Shown here one piece after another: positions 31,149-41,479 of a DNA stretch of 64,000 nt. Source of the DNA: a virus; the IMG/VR virus record IMGVR_UViG_3300009499_000148, positions 42,060 through 106,059 of that record. One strand, written 5' to 3'. A model generated the notes under the pieces. The model was given only the letters and a program-made list of their open reading frames with translations. It was not told the DNA's origin and did no database searches. The position numbers and the translations under genes were made by a program. Position 1 is the first letter of the stretch; each line of letters begins with the position of its first letter.

Positions 31149-31492
31149 TAAGCAAACGAATTTCCACAACCACACGTCGTGGATGCATATGGATTAATGA
31201 ACTTGAATCCAGTTCCTGATAGACCCATGATGTAATCAATCATCACTCCCTCTAGATGCATCGCAGATACTGGGTCGATATACACGGTGATTCCATCATG
31301 CGTTGATACAATGTCATCATCGTTTTTGTTTGAAAAATCAAGAACATACTCAAACCCAGCACAACCGCCTCCTCTGATTCCCACACGTAATCCATCACCG
31401 ACTACGTTCGGTTCTAGCATGAATTCTTTTATTGCAATGATAGCCTTCTGCGTGATTGTGATTATCTCATTGCTGTTTTCGCTTTCTTGCAC
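31148..31492 (-). CDS. iscA: IscA/HesB Fe-S cluster carrier
   Basis: GGGCAGFEY, CGCGNSF; probable GTG start. Confidence 0.9.
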   Translation of the reverse strand: MQESENSNEIITITQKAIIAIKEFMLEPNVVGDGLRVGIRGGGCAGFEYVLDFSNKNDDDIVSTHDGITVYIDPVSAMHLEGVMIDYIMGLSGTGFKFINPYASTTCGCGNSFA

Positions 31493-31796
31493 GTGCCTCT
31501 TCCTTATACAATCGATTGAGTTGTTCTTGTCTGTCAAGCTGTATCGCAGTGAGACGGCGCTTGCTGATATCGTGTCTCTTTTCGGCTGCAACGACAACGT
31601 TAGACATACGCTTAAGCATTGCGTCTATTGCTCGTATAACGTTTATTAGGACAAGCAGAGCACTCTTCTCAAAGCCCCTTGACTGTGCAACATCCTTATA
31701 CATCGCCTTGAGTGTGCCATCAGCATCAAGCGACGACTGCATGCCATCTAACAGCTTACGAAGTGCGTTAGCACGTTCTTGAAATGATGCACTCAC
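31467..31796 (-). CDS. Hypothetical coiled-coil protein
   Basis: ORF. Confidence 0.55.
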   Translation of the reverse strand: MSASFQERANALRKLLDGMQSSLDADGTLKAMYKDVAQSRGFEKSALLVLINVIRAIDAMLKRMSNVVVAAEKRHDISKRRLTAIQLDRQEQLNRLYKEEARARKRKQQ

Positions 31797-31800
31797 GTGA

Positions 31801-32037
31801 TTATCTCTTAAGTTCTTTGATGCGTTCTTCGATTTCGTTTATCTTTTCAATCATCGCCTGATGCTCTGCTTCAAGACACACCAGCCGATATGAGCCAGGA
31901 TGTTTTCTACACATACCGCTAGCAGAAGCATCTCCACATGTGCATGCAGGAACACGCAAAATTATGCTCTCAGACAAACTCATGACAGCATTAGATATCC
32001 TGCTTCGTAGCTTGCCATATAGCTTTGTTATCATCAT
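31801..32037 (-). CDS. Small SWIM-like Zn-finger protein
   Basis: CTC...CRKH. Confidence 0.45.
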   Translation of the reverse strand: MMITKLYGKLRSRISNAVMSLSESIILRVPACTCGDASASGMCRKHPGSYRLVCLEAEHQAMIEKINEIEERIKELKR

Positions 32038-32080
32038 GTCTTAATCACTAGGATACACCCTTATTCATCGAAATGTCATT

Positions 32081-32530
32081 TCAATTGACACAATCATCAT
32101 CATCATTCGATGTGCTACGCTTCATTATAGAGCTTGCCCACTGGACGTATTTAATGAGCTTTTTGTCTGTCGGTTGAACGTCTAATGAGCCATTGACAAA
32201 AATCATGTAGCTATCAAGCGCATACCTTCCTACTCCTGGAAGGTTTTTCACATCTACACCATCTATAAACGCCCTTGACATCTTAATGATTGTTGCTGCC
32301 CTTCGATTGTAGAAACCAAGTGAGCGTATCACCTCTATCATCTCTTGGATGTTTGCTGATGCTGCAGCCTCAGGCGTCGGCCATTTAGTAAAAAAAGCAT
32401 CTACAACACATCTTACCTGTTTGATGTTTGTTAGATTTAAGAACATGCAACACACAAGAAGCTTCCATGGCTCATTTCGAAGCTCTTCCTGAATCAATCC
32501 ATATGGTGAACGCTCAACAGGAGTCATCAA
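32081..32530 (-). CDS. HhH-GPD DNA glycosylase (MBD4-like)
   Basis: PWKLLVCCMFLNLT, LGFYNRR, LPGVGRYALDSY, P.DKKL. Confidence 0.85.
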   Translation of the reverse strand: MMTPVERSPYGLIQEELRNEPWKLLVCCMFLNLTNIKQVRCVVDAFFTKWPTPEAAASANIQEMIEVIRSLGFYNRRAATIIKMSRAFIDGVDVKNLPGVGRYALDSYMIFVNGSLDVQPTDKKLIKYVQWASSIMKRSTSNDDDDCVN

Positions 32531-32591
32531 CTAATTCTACAATGCCGCGTCTTATCGAAAGCAACACAAATAGCACGCCATATTTAACGTA

Positions 32592-33212
32592 ATGAAGATA
32601 CGACTCAGTGAAGTCAGGCACATCCTAGAACGCATCGTTTTAGAGGCTGTCGGAGATGAACCAGCAGTTGATATACGCTTCGTTGTAGATGAAACGTTAC
32701 CATTGTTTCGTGAAGTCAGAGTTAAAAAGCTGAATGATGGAACATTCTTCGGTGGCGAGCCACGAGGACCGGGAGCAACGTATAAAACACTGCCAGCCGG
32801 CACAGAATGCTTGGTGCTCCAAAGAATTGGAGGAAAAGCAGCATGGTGTCAGGTAGAGGGATTTGACGCTCCCATCCGGATGGACATCAATAAATTCTGT
32901 CCGACGAAGGCAGAGGTCTATCTGTCTAGGCAAAGAAAGAAAGCTCAGATGGAACCGCCACCGCTACGTGGAGCTAAAAGCACATCAAGCATTAAGGATG
33001 CTGAACAGCAATTGCGTGATGCAGAGCGTGTATTGATGCTTGCGAAGCAACAGTTCGAAAAACTAAAAGCATCACAAGAGCAAGAGATAGAAGCAGAACC
33101 ACCAGAAGAGCACACAGAAGATGAATCGCCCTCAGAATGGGAAGACACTGGTGATTCTGATTGGGAAAGCGTTCTTAACGACCTTTCACCACAGACGAAA
33201 TCGAAACGCTAA
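32592..33212 (+). CDS. Hypothetical protein, probably late/virion-associated
   Basis: MKIRLSEVRHILERIVLE N-terminus; ATATTTA 5 nt upstream. Confidence 0.6.
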   Translation: MKIRLSEVRHILERIVLEAVGDEPAVDIRFVVDETLPLFREVRVKKLNDGTFFGGEPRGPGATYKTLPAGTECLVLQRIGGKAAWCQVEGFDAPIRMDINKFCPTKAEVYLSRQRKKAQMEPPPLRGAKSTSSIKDAEQQLRDAERVLMLAKQQFEKLKASQEQEIEAEPPEEHTEDESPSEWEDTGDSDWESVLNDLSPQTKSKR

Positions 33213-34472
33213 TCAAAATCCCGTCTTAACGCGCTCAGACTTCATGACAGCTGACTCAATATGAGTCAACAGGTCGATAAGACCCTTTTTTACATCATCA
33301 TTTTCAATCACACGCGACGTTCGTTCAATCGTGTAGCTAGCAGCAGTCGCAAATAGCTCTTTGTGAAATGCATATGAATGACCCTTAAGCTTCTTACATG
33401 CATCACGAAGAACGTCAGCATCAACATTTTCACCAGAAAATAGCTTCTGCATGTATGCAAATCCCTCATCTTCAGAGGGCTGTGCATAGAATACCTGCTT
33501 GTCGAAGCGACCAGGGCGTGCTAGCACCTGTTGGTCAAGCGTCTTCGGTTCATTCGCTGTCGCAACAACAATCATGTTGCGACGTTCGACTGCACCATCA
33601 AGCGCCTGAAGGATTGCTTGAAGCGTGACCTGCGTGTGCTTCGTGCCGTCTCTTGGGAAGATGCGGTCGATATCCTCTAGAACGAGGAGACGGATAGGCG
33701 TTCTCTCAACTGAAGCAACATCACGTTCATCATTTTCATCATCATCACGAGCAATTCGCTCAGACTCACCCAACACCCATGCCTTAAACTCATCATCAGG
33801 AGAATTTCTTGAAGCAGAAAAATCAAACGTTTCAGGCTTAGTGTTCAAAAACTTTGCCAACGCCTTGATTGTCGTCGTCTTTCCATTGCCTGGAGGACCG
33901 TGCAAGAGGTATGAACGACTGTATGCCATGTCACGCGAATCGAAAAACTTCTTTCCAGATACGAAAAATTCGATATCACGCTTTAAAATAGCCGTATCAT
34001 CATTCCAATGAACAGACGTTAGAGCATCATAGTTGTACTCTTTTGGAGCAATCTCAGTCTCAGACATGAGTTGCTCAAACTTTGACAGCTCAGAAGACAG
34101 AACGATAAACTTCCCAGGCTCGATGGTAGAGATGATTTTCAATCCAAACTTATCATTTTTAAGAACTGACCAAAGAGGAGGAAGCTCATCACCCACAAAC
34201 TTAACACATCTAATGAGGTTGTTCTTTCTGTGGTCGATGTTAAACTCAATCTCTTCACCTGGATACGTCATGTCAAGCTCAAACGCCTTATTGATTGCAG
34301 GCATCGGTACCTTAACAAAAACGACATCAACAGAGCCCAAGACGCTGTTGATGTAGTGCCCGTGGCTATCAAGAAGCAACTGTCTGTCAATCTCTGACTC
34401 ATATCGACAGACGTAGTTGATGTTCAACCCTTCTTTTGGAGTTGGCTGCTTAATGACGGTTGGATTATCCAT
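33213..34472 (-). CDS. AAA+ ATPase
   Basis: GPPGNGKT, LEDID, TAN, RPGRFD. Confidence 0.9.
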   Translation of the reverse strand: MDNPTVIKQPTPKEGLNINYVCRYESEIDRQLLLDSHGHYINSVLGSVDVVFVKVPMPAINKAFELDMTYPGEEIEFNIDHRKNNLIRCVKFVGDELPPLWSVLKNDKFGLKIISTIEPGKFIVLSSELSKFEQLMSETEIAPKEYNYDALTSVHWNDDTAILKRDIEFFVSGKKFFDSRDMAYSRSYLLHGPPGNGKTTTIKALAKFLNTKPETFDFSASRNSPDDEFKAWVLGESERIARDDDENDERDVASVERTPIRLLVLEDIDRIFPRDGTKHTQVTLQAILQALDGAVERRNMIVVATANEPKTLDQQVLARPGRFDKQVFYAQPSEDEGFAYMQKLFSGENVDADVLRDACKKLKGHSYAFHKELFATAASYTIERTSRVIENDDVKKGLIDLLTHIESAVMKSERVKTGF

Positions 34473-34791
34473 TCTTCGCTCCAGTCTTGTTCGAGGACAG
34501 GTTCTTCAAAAGCTTTGAGCATAAATCATCATATGCTCTGCTCAATGCGATGTTGTATCCAATGTTAGGGTCGTACAAGTCATCAGGCATCATCTTCGAT
34601 GCACCCAGTCCCACTGCATGCTTAATTGGCATAGAGATAGCTACTACAGTAAAATTTCCTGCAATTGAAACATCGATGGATGTGCTTGCCTGCTTGAACA
34701 GCGCATAAACTGCAATCACATCATTCGGTGTTGCATTCAACCGCTTAAGAGAACGACTAACAAGTGTTTTTTCATTAGCAATTTCAACCAT
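34465..34791 (-). CDS. Hypothetical phage protein
   Basis: D.Y...IG..IA..RA motif; leaderless start. Confidence 0.55.
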   Translation of the reverse strand: MVEIANEKTLVSRSLKRLNATPNDVIAVYALFKQASTSIDVSIAGNFTVVAISMPIKHAVGLGASKMMPDDLYDPNIGYNIALSRAYDDLCSKLLKNLSSNKTGAKNG

Positions 34792-34797
34792 GATAGC

Positions 34798-34826
34798 ATC
34801 ATAACACGACAACACATTTGTTTCAC
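34798..34826 (-). promoter_or_regulatory. Sigma70-like promoter (GTGAAA-17-TATGAT)
   Basis: -10 ends 6 nt before the ATG at 34791. Confidence 0.55.
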
Positions 34827-34830
34827 AACA

Positions 34831-35241
34831 TCATGATTCATTATCAAACATCTTAATGCGTTGAAGAATTAGCTTCTCATTATGAGACAATTGCTTTTTT
34901 TCTACATGCTGGCCCTGTGCTGATGACTCAAACTGCTCTTTCTTTTCTTTTTCTATCTTAGCAAACTGAAGCATCATGTAGTAGCTGAGCGCTTCAAGGA
35001 TATCCTTCTTATCAGAAAGATAATCTTCTAGCTCAATTGACATCTTCATCGTGCGAGCATACACAAGCATGTCCTCGTAGAATGATTCATCAATTATTGA
35101 CAATAGAAGTAGTTCATCATCAGTTATGGGCTCAAACTTAGACAAAGGGTCAAGCGCACCCTTACGAAGAAAAAAAACAAGGATGCACAATACAATCAAT
35201 GCACTGATACATCCCAATGCTAATAGCTTAAGCACCATCAT
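34831..35241 (-). CDS. Membrane-anchored hypothetical protein
   Basis: N-terminal hydrophobic helix. Confidence 0.55.
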   Translation of the reverse strand: MMVLKLLALGCISALIVLCILVFFLRKGALDPLSKFEPITDDELLLLSIIDESFYEDMLVYARTMKMSIELEDYLSDKKDILEALSYYMMLQFAKIEKEKKEQFESSAQGQHVEKKQLSHNEKLILQRIKMFDNES

Positions 35242-35245
35242 TCGT

Positions 35246-35770
35246 TCACTGTTTGTTGTCGGGCTGCGCTAACCAATCTTTCCATTCAATTGGAAGGTCA
35301 TTCCTCCAAATTAGCATAAATCTCATTGAAAAGGGAAGCGTTTTCGGTTTAACGGGTGTAGAAAGCAGTCGTAATCCTGCTTGGCTCGGTGTCAAAGAGC
35401 CTTTCTTTTGATTACAGGCATGGCATGCAATGACGATGTTTTCCCACTGCGTCTTACCACCAGCACGTCGTGGTACAACATGGTCATACGTTGCTTCATA
35501 TTTTGCAACGCTTACATTGCAATACTGACAGCGACCCTTATCACGCATGTACACGTTTTCACGTGAAAACTTAATGACAGACTTCTTGCGATATCTCGTC
35601 AGCTCTCTAACGACTGCTGGCATCTTTATGACGAATGATGCAGACCTAATGTCTCTGTCCTCGTATGATTGAATGATTTCAACCTTACCCTTACACCACT
35701 GCGTGATTGCTCTATCCCACGAGATATGACCAGCGGGCTGAAAGTTAAAGTCTAAGACAAGCGTTTCCAT
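35246..35770 (-). CDS. HNH endonuclease (McrA-like)
   Basis: RD...CQYC, TYDHVVP, WENIV.AC..CN.KK. Confidence 0.9.
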   Translation of the reverse strand: METLVLDFNFQPAGHISWDRAITQWCKGKVEIIQSYEDRDIRSASFVIKMPAVVRELTRYRKKSVIKFSRENVYMRDKGRCQYCNVSVAKYEATYDHVVPRRAGGKTQWENIVIACHACNQKKGSLTPSQAGLRLLSTPVKPKTLPFSMRFMLIWRNDLPIEWKDWLAQPDNKQ

Positions 35771-36125
35771 TATAGCTCCAGATGCCCGTTCATTAGGGCA
35801 ACGTCATTCCGGAGGCCCTAACAAAGGATAAATATGTTGTTATCGTTAAGCATTGCTATCACATTATATTACTACACACGTAGCATAAAATACACTACTA
35901 TCTGTGGTGATGTCGCATCCTTAATAAAAGACGCTCAGCGAACATCGTTAGCAAGCGTTGGTCTGATAATGTTAAACGGCGCCAGATGAGTTGTAGTGTA
36001 TCATCGATGTCAGCGATTTCATACCGCTTAAGCTCAGATGCGTTGTCATGTCTATTAAGTAGAGAAATCACGCGACGTATCAATTTTTTTGAGATGATGA
36101 TATCTCTGTTAAGCATCTATTTGTT

Positions 36126-36887
36126 CTATACATCGATAAGAAGTGCTTTGTTAAAGTCTGGGTTGATATCTGACGGCCAGTAGCCTCGAGGGTTGCACAC
36201 AACACGTGTAGACTTGCTTGTATCATAATGCTCAATGCGATAATCAAATGAGTCATGAGTGTGTCCGTGTATCCAAAGCTTCGGTCCATTTGTACGGATG
36301 AATTCATCCATGTCAGTCAGATAAAACGACGTAAGCTCACTGTGCTTAAATCTCTCTGCAACACTCATTTTTGATGGAAGATGATGCGTGATTAATATGT
36401 CAGATGCTGATGCTTCACTGTTAAAGAACGCTGTTGCACGTGCATTTTCATCATACACCCAATCTCTGATGCACTTGATTATGCGAAAATCATTCATGAA
36501 AAATTCGTACTGTTGGTTTCGTACATGCCACGGAAACCACATCGTGGCACCAAGAAACCTCTGTCCCTTCACTGTGATTGTTCCACAATCAAGCCAGTGA
36601 AGGTTTGAATTCTGTCTCATCGCTTCATGCGATAGCGCCACTATCGTATCTCTGTCAGATGCATAATATTCATGATTACCATGAACCCATATGACGTCAG
36701 AGTGCTCATACCTTTTGCATAGCCTAGACATGACCTCAATGATTTGAGATTTTGTGCATATATCACCTGCTAGCACCAAAACATCGACGCCATCTGGGTC
36801 GAGCGTGCTGATAAAGGATGAGATGCTTGATGTTTTATGGTCGTCATCAAATTCTAGATGAATATCACTCATGATAGCTAATTTCAT
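36126..36887 (-). CDS. Calcineurin-like metallophosphoesterase
   Basis: SDIH, AGD, GNHE, THH, HGHTH. Confidence 0.92.
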   Translation of the reverse strand: MKLAIMSDIHLEFDDDHKTSSISSFISTLDPDGVDVLVLAGDICTKSQIIEVMSRLCKRYEHSDVIWVHGNHEYYASDRDTIVALSHEAMRQNSNLHWLDCGTITVKGQRFLGATMWFPWHVRNQQYEFFMNDFRIIKCIRDWVYDENARATAFFNSEASASDILITHHLPSKMSVAERFKHSELTSFYLTDMDEFIRTNGPKLWIHGHTHDSFDYRIEHYDTSKSTRVVCNPRGYWPSDINPDFNKALLIDV

Positions 36888-37161
36888 GATTCACACTCTA
36901 CATACGCATCTATACTATAGAGCATTAAATTTTCGCATACAAAAATGCTCTGACCAATCAATAGTTTTGCACCAGATAACGTCTTATTATTAATAACGCT
37001 TCTTGCACACGAAACAACACTACATGTCATGTCTAACAATGATATAGCGCATCTATCTTGTAAACGATTTTTACATTGCCCGCTACAGACATCAACACAA
37101 CGAGAGCTTATTTGATGAAAATGATACATGTCATGCAACACTATAAGTGAACCCTTGGCTA

Positions 37162-37950
37162 TCATCGAAAGATGTCCACGTATGGAGCCAACATATTTTG
37201 TATGATTGGTCTCTCTAGCCAATGTCCGTCTGCATCTGCGATTGAGTTTAAAAATGAGCTTCTCACCCACTTATAACGCTCTAGCACTGAATCATCATTT
37301 TCTACCTTGATGTAAAGACCCTCCATCGTATCGTTCTTGTCAGTTTGACGAAGCGCAACGTCATATGCAACACCTGCATTCTGTGCCTGTGTGTTGAGAT
37401 TATCTTTCCAGCGACCCGTCTTGTAGTATGACATCGTGATGAGTTGTGTGATGTCATCTAGGCACGTGATGATGCTATCCTGAATGATGTTAACAGAAAC
37501 GATTGGAGAACCATGAAGTAGTTCAAGCCGTCTCTGTGTTGAAATAAATGTGTTTGTTTCTTTGTCAAAGACATCAAACGCTAAAAAATAATGTGGTAAG
37601 AGGTCATAGAACACAGTGTGTTTTGCGAATAACCACTCACCGTAAATGATGTATCTGTCTCCAATGATGTTTAACAGCGTGGCTTCATGAACTGCAGCCC
37701 ATTGTTTAAAAAGGTCCCAGTGCTTTTCTCGCGGGCCACCTGTAAGGTAATGCCCCCTACTTTGCAGCAGCAACGAACCATCATGCGAGAACGATATCCC
37801 AGCATTCGCGCCGTCGACCTTTTCTTCTATAATTACCCGTTTACCAAATAGTTCAGAGACACGAACCTGTGATAAGTCTTCATCACCGCTCTGTAGTCTT
37901 GAGCCCTCAAGATGAGGGGTCCGAACAAACTTGATGATTTCGATGCTCAT
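37162..37950 (-). CDS. ATP-dependent RNA ligase family protein
   Basis: EEKVDGAN, YGEW, FDV, EGLYIK, RYK. Confidence 0.85.
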   Translation of the reverse strand: MSIEIIKFVRTPHLEGSRLQSGDEDLSQVRVSELFGKRVIIEEKVDGANAGISFSHDGSLLLQSRGHYLTGGPREKHWDLFKQWAAVHEATLLNIIGDRYIIYGEWLFAKHTVFYDLLPHYFLAFDVFDKETNTFISTQRRLELLHGSPIVSVNIIQDSIITCLDDITQLITMSYYKTGRWKDNLNTQAQNAGVAYDVALRQTDKNDTMEGLYIKVENDDSVLERYKWVRSSFLNSIADADGHWLERPIIQNMLAPYVDIFR

Positions 37951-38366
37951 TTATCTTCATTATCACACATATCGACGTTGCTGTGCAATGCTGTGAGCTT
38001 ATCATCTTTTTTTTGTCTTTTTATGAATAACTCAAGCCTCAGCGCTGAGCTCTTTGAAGGCATTTTTCTGCTATCACAGAGAGTTATCGGCCCTCTTCCT
38101 CGTGTGTATTTTGCACCCTTTCCATCCTGATGGGCTTTCACTCTCTTTGCTACGTCAGTTGTGATGCCAGTGTAAAGAGAACCATCGCCACATCGAACAA
38201 TATAGACGAACCACATCTTTTTTCCACCGTATTTCGGTGTCAGGTCTCCATCAGATGTATAGATTCCAACATCAACACATGAAAGAAACAATTCATGTGG
38301 TGTCATCTTACGAAGACGCTTCATTAATTTTTGATGAGCAAGTGCGTTTTGTTTCGTGTACGTCAT
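37947..38366 (-). CDS. GIY-YIG nuclease (YazA/UPF0213-like)
   Basis: VYIVRCGDGSLYTGITTD..R...H..G.GAKYT. Confidence 0.85.
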   Translation of the reverse strand: MTYTKQNALAHQKLMKRLRKMTPHELFLSCVDVGIYTSDGDLTPKYGGKKMWFVYIVRCGDGSLYTGITTDVAKRVKAHQDGKGAKYTRGRGPITLCDSRKMPSKSSALRLELFIKRQKKDDKLTALHSNVDMCDNEDK

Positions 38367-38663
38367 CTAGATAACTGCTTTACCGTAGATAGACGCAGGT
38401 CCAATCCACCCGTTTATGCGACCCTTATTATTCGCTATCTGAAATCTTGTACCGTCAATCGCTTTAACAAGATGCAAATACTGCCTTCCCGCAACCTTAC
38501 ACAGCACTACGTCACCGACAGCGAGCTCTGTGATATTGACTGGATGAACGACAACTGTCTGACCGTCCTCAACACGACCTGCCATTGACCTTCCCCTCGG
38601 AGTGATGACGACGCTTTCACCACCCTGAAGCTTTTCAATCGCCATTGATGCCCAGCCCGTCAT
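38367..38663 (-). CDS. S24/S26 peptidase-like small protein
   Basis: GRSM...GDVVL..LH. Confidence 0.6.
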   Translation of the reverse strand: MTGWASMAIEKLQGGESVVITPRGRSMAGRVEDGQTVVVHPVNITELAVGDVVLCKVAGRQYLHLVKAIDGTRFQIANNKGRINGWIGPASIYGKAVI

Positions 38664-39259
38664 TTTGACATACCCGCGCCGAAGCGTGAAAATCTGCTGA
38701 TGACGATGTTTTCACCCGTCTTTTGTACGAGATCTGTCAAAAGTGTGCCAATCTTTTTGGATTGGTCCTTCACCCACTGTTGGTCAATAAGACATATCTG
38801 CGAATACAGTTTCTCCATCTGTCCATCGACAATCTTTGACAACATCGACTCAGGTTTACCTGAGATGACAGCCTTCGACAGCAACGCGGCCCTTTCACGC
38901 TCAACTACATCTGATGGAATTGAGTTTCTATCAACATATTGCGGGTCTAATGCAGCAATCTGAAGCATCACCTCATGCATAAAATCCTTGAAATCATCGC
39001 TTCTAGCGACAAAATCAGTCTCACAATCGACCTGAAGTAGAACACCTATTCTACCCTCACCGTGAATATACGACCCTACACGACCCTCAGATAACTTTCG
39101 TTCTCTCTTTGCCTGTGCTCCAATCGAACCAAGCTCTCTTAGGAGCAAAAGTGCGTTTCCTTGGTCATATCCTGATTTTTCTAGAACGTCCTTACACAGA
39201 CTCATGCTCACGCCGGTCATTTCACGAAGCGCTTTTATTTGTTCAATCTTTGTGCTCAT
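38660..39259 (-). CDS. tsf: Elongation factor Ts (short form)
   Basis: LREMTG.S...CK..L, EG..GSYIH, CETDFVA, RFSRF. Confidence 0.95.
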   Translation of the reverse strand: MSTKIEQIKALREMTGVSMSLCKDVLEKSGYDQGNALLLLRELGSIGAQAKRERKLSEGRVGSYIHGEGRIGVLLQVDCETDFVARSDDFKDFMHEVMLQIAALDPQYVDRNSIPSDVVERERAALLSKAVISGKPESMLSKIVDGQMEKLYSQICLIDQQWVKDQSKKIGTLLTDLVQKTGENIVISRFSRFGAGMSK

Positions 39260-39267
39260 TTTTTATC

Positions 39268-39714
39268 CTATAGCTGTGAAGCAATCGCAGACCTCAATCT
39301 AAAGCTACTCCTATCGAATGGTATCTGCGCCGCGACGTATCCATTACCTGCAAGGTCTGCGACCATATGCTCAGCATGTCGCACATTCAATGACCAAACG
39401 ATGACTGGAACATTTTTCCATGACAGTGAAATGTCATTCTGACACAGAAGTTTGACAGCATCACTTCCGGTCTTTCCGTCTTTATCGAGAGGCCAGTTTC
39501 CGGGTATGTCGACGATGATACCGCCGCCGATAGGGTCATTCGACCCAAGGTCGTGGTCAAGTATGATTAAAGAGATATCATCAGCAACATTATCACGTAA
39601 TGCAGCAACGAATGAGCTAACATCCTGACACCAGATTACATTAGTGTCAGGAAACGCATCTTTCAACCACTTGATGCGAAAATCAACATCTTCAAGCACT
39701 AATATCGATTTCAT
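39268..39714 (-). CDS. Cyclic-phosphate-processing receiver-like domain
   Basis: LED...R; LDHDLG; G.D; S.N. Confidence 0.7.
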   Translation of the reverse strand: MKSILVLEDVDFRIKWLKDAFPDTNVIWCQDVSSFVAALRDNVADDISLIILDHDLGSNDPIGGGIIVDIPGNWPLDKDGKTGSDAVKLLCQNDISLSWKNVPVIVWSLNVRHAEHMVADLAGNGYVAAQIPFDRSSFRLRSAIASQL

Positions 39715-40784
39715 CGAAATTCAAGCCTATTCTGTATGCCACATGACTGCTTCATTGCAGACACAAGAAGCTGGTCAATGACAGCATCATCTAAAGTATA
39801 CAACGGTTGTTTTTTATCATTCACAACGTGTTGCATTCCCATGATGTGTGTTGCTATTGCGGCGTCGGCGTCAGACAACGCTGCATCACTGAATTCATTC
39901 CACCATGTGATTGTCTGTCCATCGCTGCATTTTCCAACGATTTTTTCTGTTGAGCCATGTTCTGTTGAATGTCTTACAACACTCATTCGTTCCGTTTTTC
40001 CTGCATTTAAAAACATGACGTCGATGATTTCATAATCATTCGTTCTGTCAATCATACGTCCCGTGATGATTGTGCCGTCTGAAGAGTATGCTCGCAATGA
40101 CTGAAGAGAACGAAATGGAGCTGTCTTACATGCGTATGCAAACTGATGCATCAACGTTACACCATTCTCAAACGCAATCGTCCCTATCTCCCATGAATCA
40201 ACGCTGCTGTCGACACGTAGTCCTTCACTGTTCTCGTGCTCTGCAAGTGGTGCTAGCACCCGATGAGCAAATGCTGATGTCGGTCTGTGTTGTCTTCCGA
40301 TGTATGTTCTTAGCTGTGCTATTGCGTGGTAATCGTATGACCGACAATCATTCTGAACTAGAAACGGTCGTGATACAATACCCGATGCATACACTTTTTC
40401 TTTGAACTGCTCTAATGGAAGATAAGGCCACTGCTCAATCACGCCGACACTCACACCGTATTTTCGAGCTGACTCAACTAACCGTGGGTCATCTAGAGGC
40501 GTCTCACACAAGATTGGAATCCCATGATGCATCGTTGAGCCGATGACTGCAGACGACGCCGATGCATTAACACAGACCAACAGATAGTCTGGATTTTGTG
40601 CCACTAATTCTTCACGTGTCTTAAATGCCTTTATTCCTGTGGCATCACTAAAGCGTTGTGCTGTTGATTGTGAACGTGTCGTAAATCCAACGACGTCGAT
40701 AGAGCCAAGCTTTTGTAATTTTTGCAGAATGGGAGCGTAAACGTTCGTCATTCTTTTCCCTGCACCGACTAGTCCTATACGCAT
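39711..40784 (-). CDS. Gfo/Idh/MocA oxidoreductase
   Basis: IGLVGAG; CETP. Confidence 0.8.
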   Translation of the reverse strand: MRIGLVGAGKRMTNVYAPILQKLQKLGSIDVVGFTTRSQSTAQRFSDATGIKAFKTREELVAQNPDYLLVCVNASASSAVIGSTMHHGIPILCETPLDDPRLVESARKYGVSVGVIEQWPYLPLEQFKEKVYASGIVSRPFLVQNDCRSYDYHAIAQLRTYIGRQHRPTSAFAHRVLAPLAEHENSEGLRVDSSVDSWEIGTIAFENGVTLMHQFAYACKTAPFRSLQSLRAYSSDGTIITGRMIDRTNDYEIIDVMFLNAGKTERMSVVRHSTEHGSTEKIVGKCSDGQTITWWNEFSDAALSDADAAIATHIMGMQHVVNDKKQPLYTLDDAVIDQLLVSAMKQSCGIQNRLEFR

Positions 40785-41479
40785 TTTAGAACCTCATTCT
40801 CATATAACTCAACCTGCTCTTTATGAACGTTGATGTCAGACAACGACCTTTCATACTGATGACGTCTTAAAAATGAATAGATGATTCTTATAGACCCATC
40901 CTGATGTGAATCTGGGATGACGCCATGCAACATGCTTGTGTTGAATATCACGAATGAATCATCTGATGATAGATAGTCCTTTCTCGGCATGCCACTGCAA
41001 CCATTCATATCATCACTAAGAGAATCAAAGTTCCTTCGATGAGAGCCGACAATCATCTTAAGCTTTCTCTCTGGCTGTCGTCCCAACGTTGGGTAATAGA
41101 TGAGCTTATGTGCAGGAGGAAAATTGCCAACAGGCTTTAGACCCGTATGGATGTATGTGTCCCTGTGCCAATCCATGTAGCTCGGCCCTGGTCTAGAGCA
41201 TCTTATCTGTGTATGCGTTAACACCATGTCTGGTCCGAGAAGTTCATCTAACAGTTTAGGGATATTGTTGATGCGGAGCGTCCCTAAAATGACTGCATCG
41301 TATGAGTGTGCATCAGGCCTCAGGTCAAGCGTGTTCTGGTACTTAGACTCCCATGTGTATGGATGCTTTAGAGATTGTGCTGAGTGTAGGTCTGTCAGCA
41401 GTGCTCTAAGTGGAGCACAGTCAACAAATTTTTTTTCGACGCAACCTGCAATTGCATACGTCGTCTCTAATGATGTCAT
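40775..41479 (-). CDS. 2OG-Fe(II) dioxygenase (PhyH-like)
   Basis: WHRD, GSH, HG, R. Confidence 0.75.
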   Translation of the reverse strand: MTSLETTYAIAGCVEKKFVDCAPLRALLTDLHSAQSLKHPYTWESKYQNTLDLRPDAHSYDAVILGTLRINNIPKLLDELLGPDMVLTHTQIRCSRPGPSYMDWHRDTYIHTGLKPVGNFPPAHKLIYYPTLGRQPERKLKMIVGSHRRNFDSLSDDMNGCSGMPRKDYLSSDDSFVIFNTSMLHGVIPDSHQDGSIRIIYSFLRRHQYERSLSDINVHKEQVELYENEVLKCV

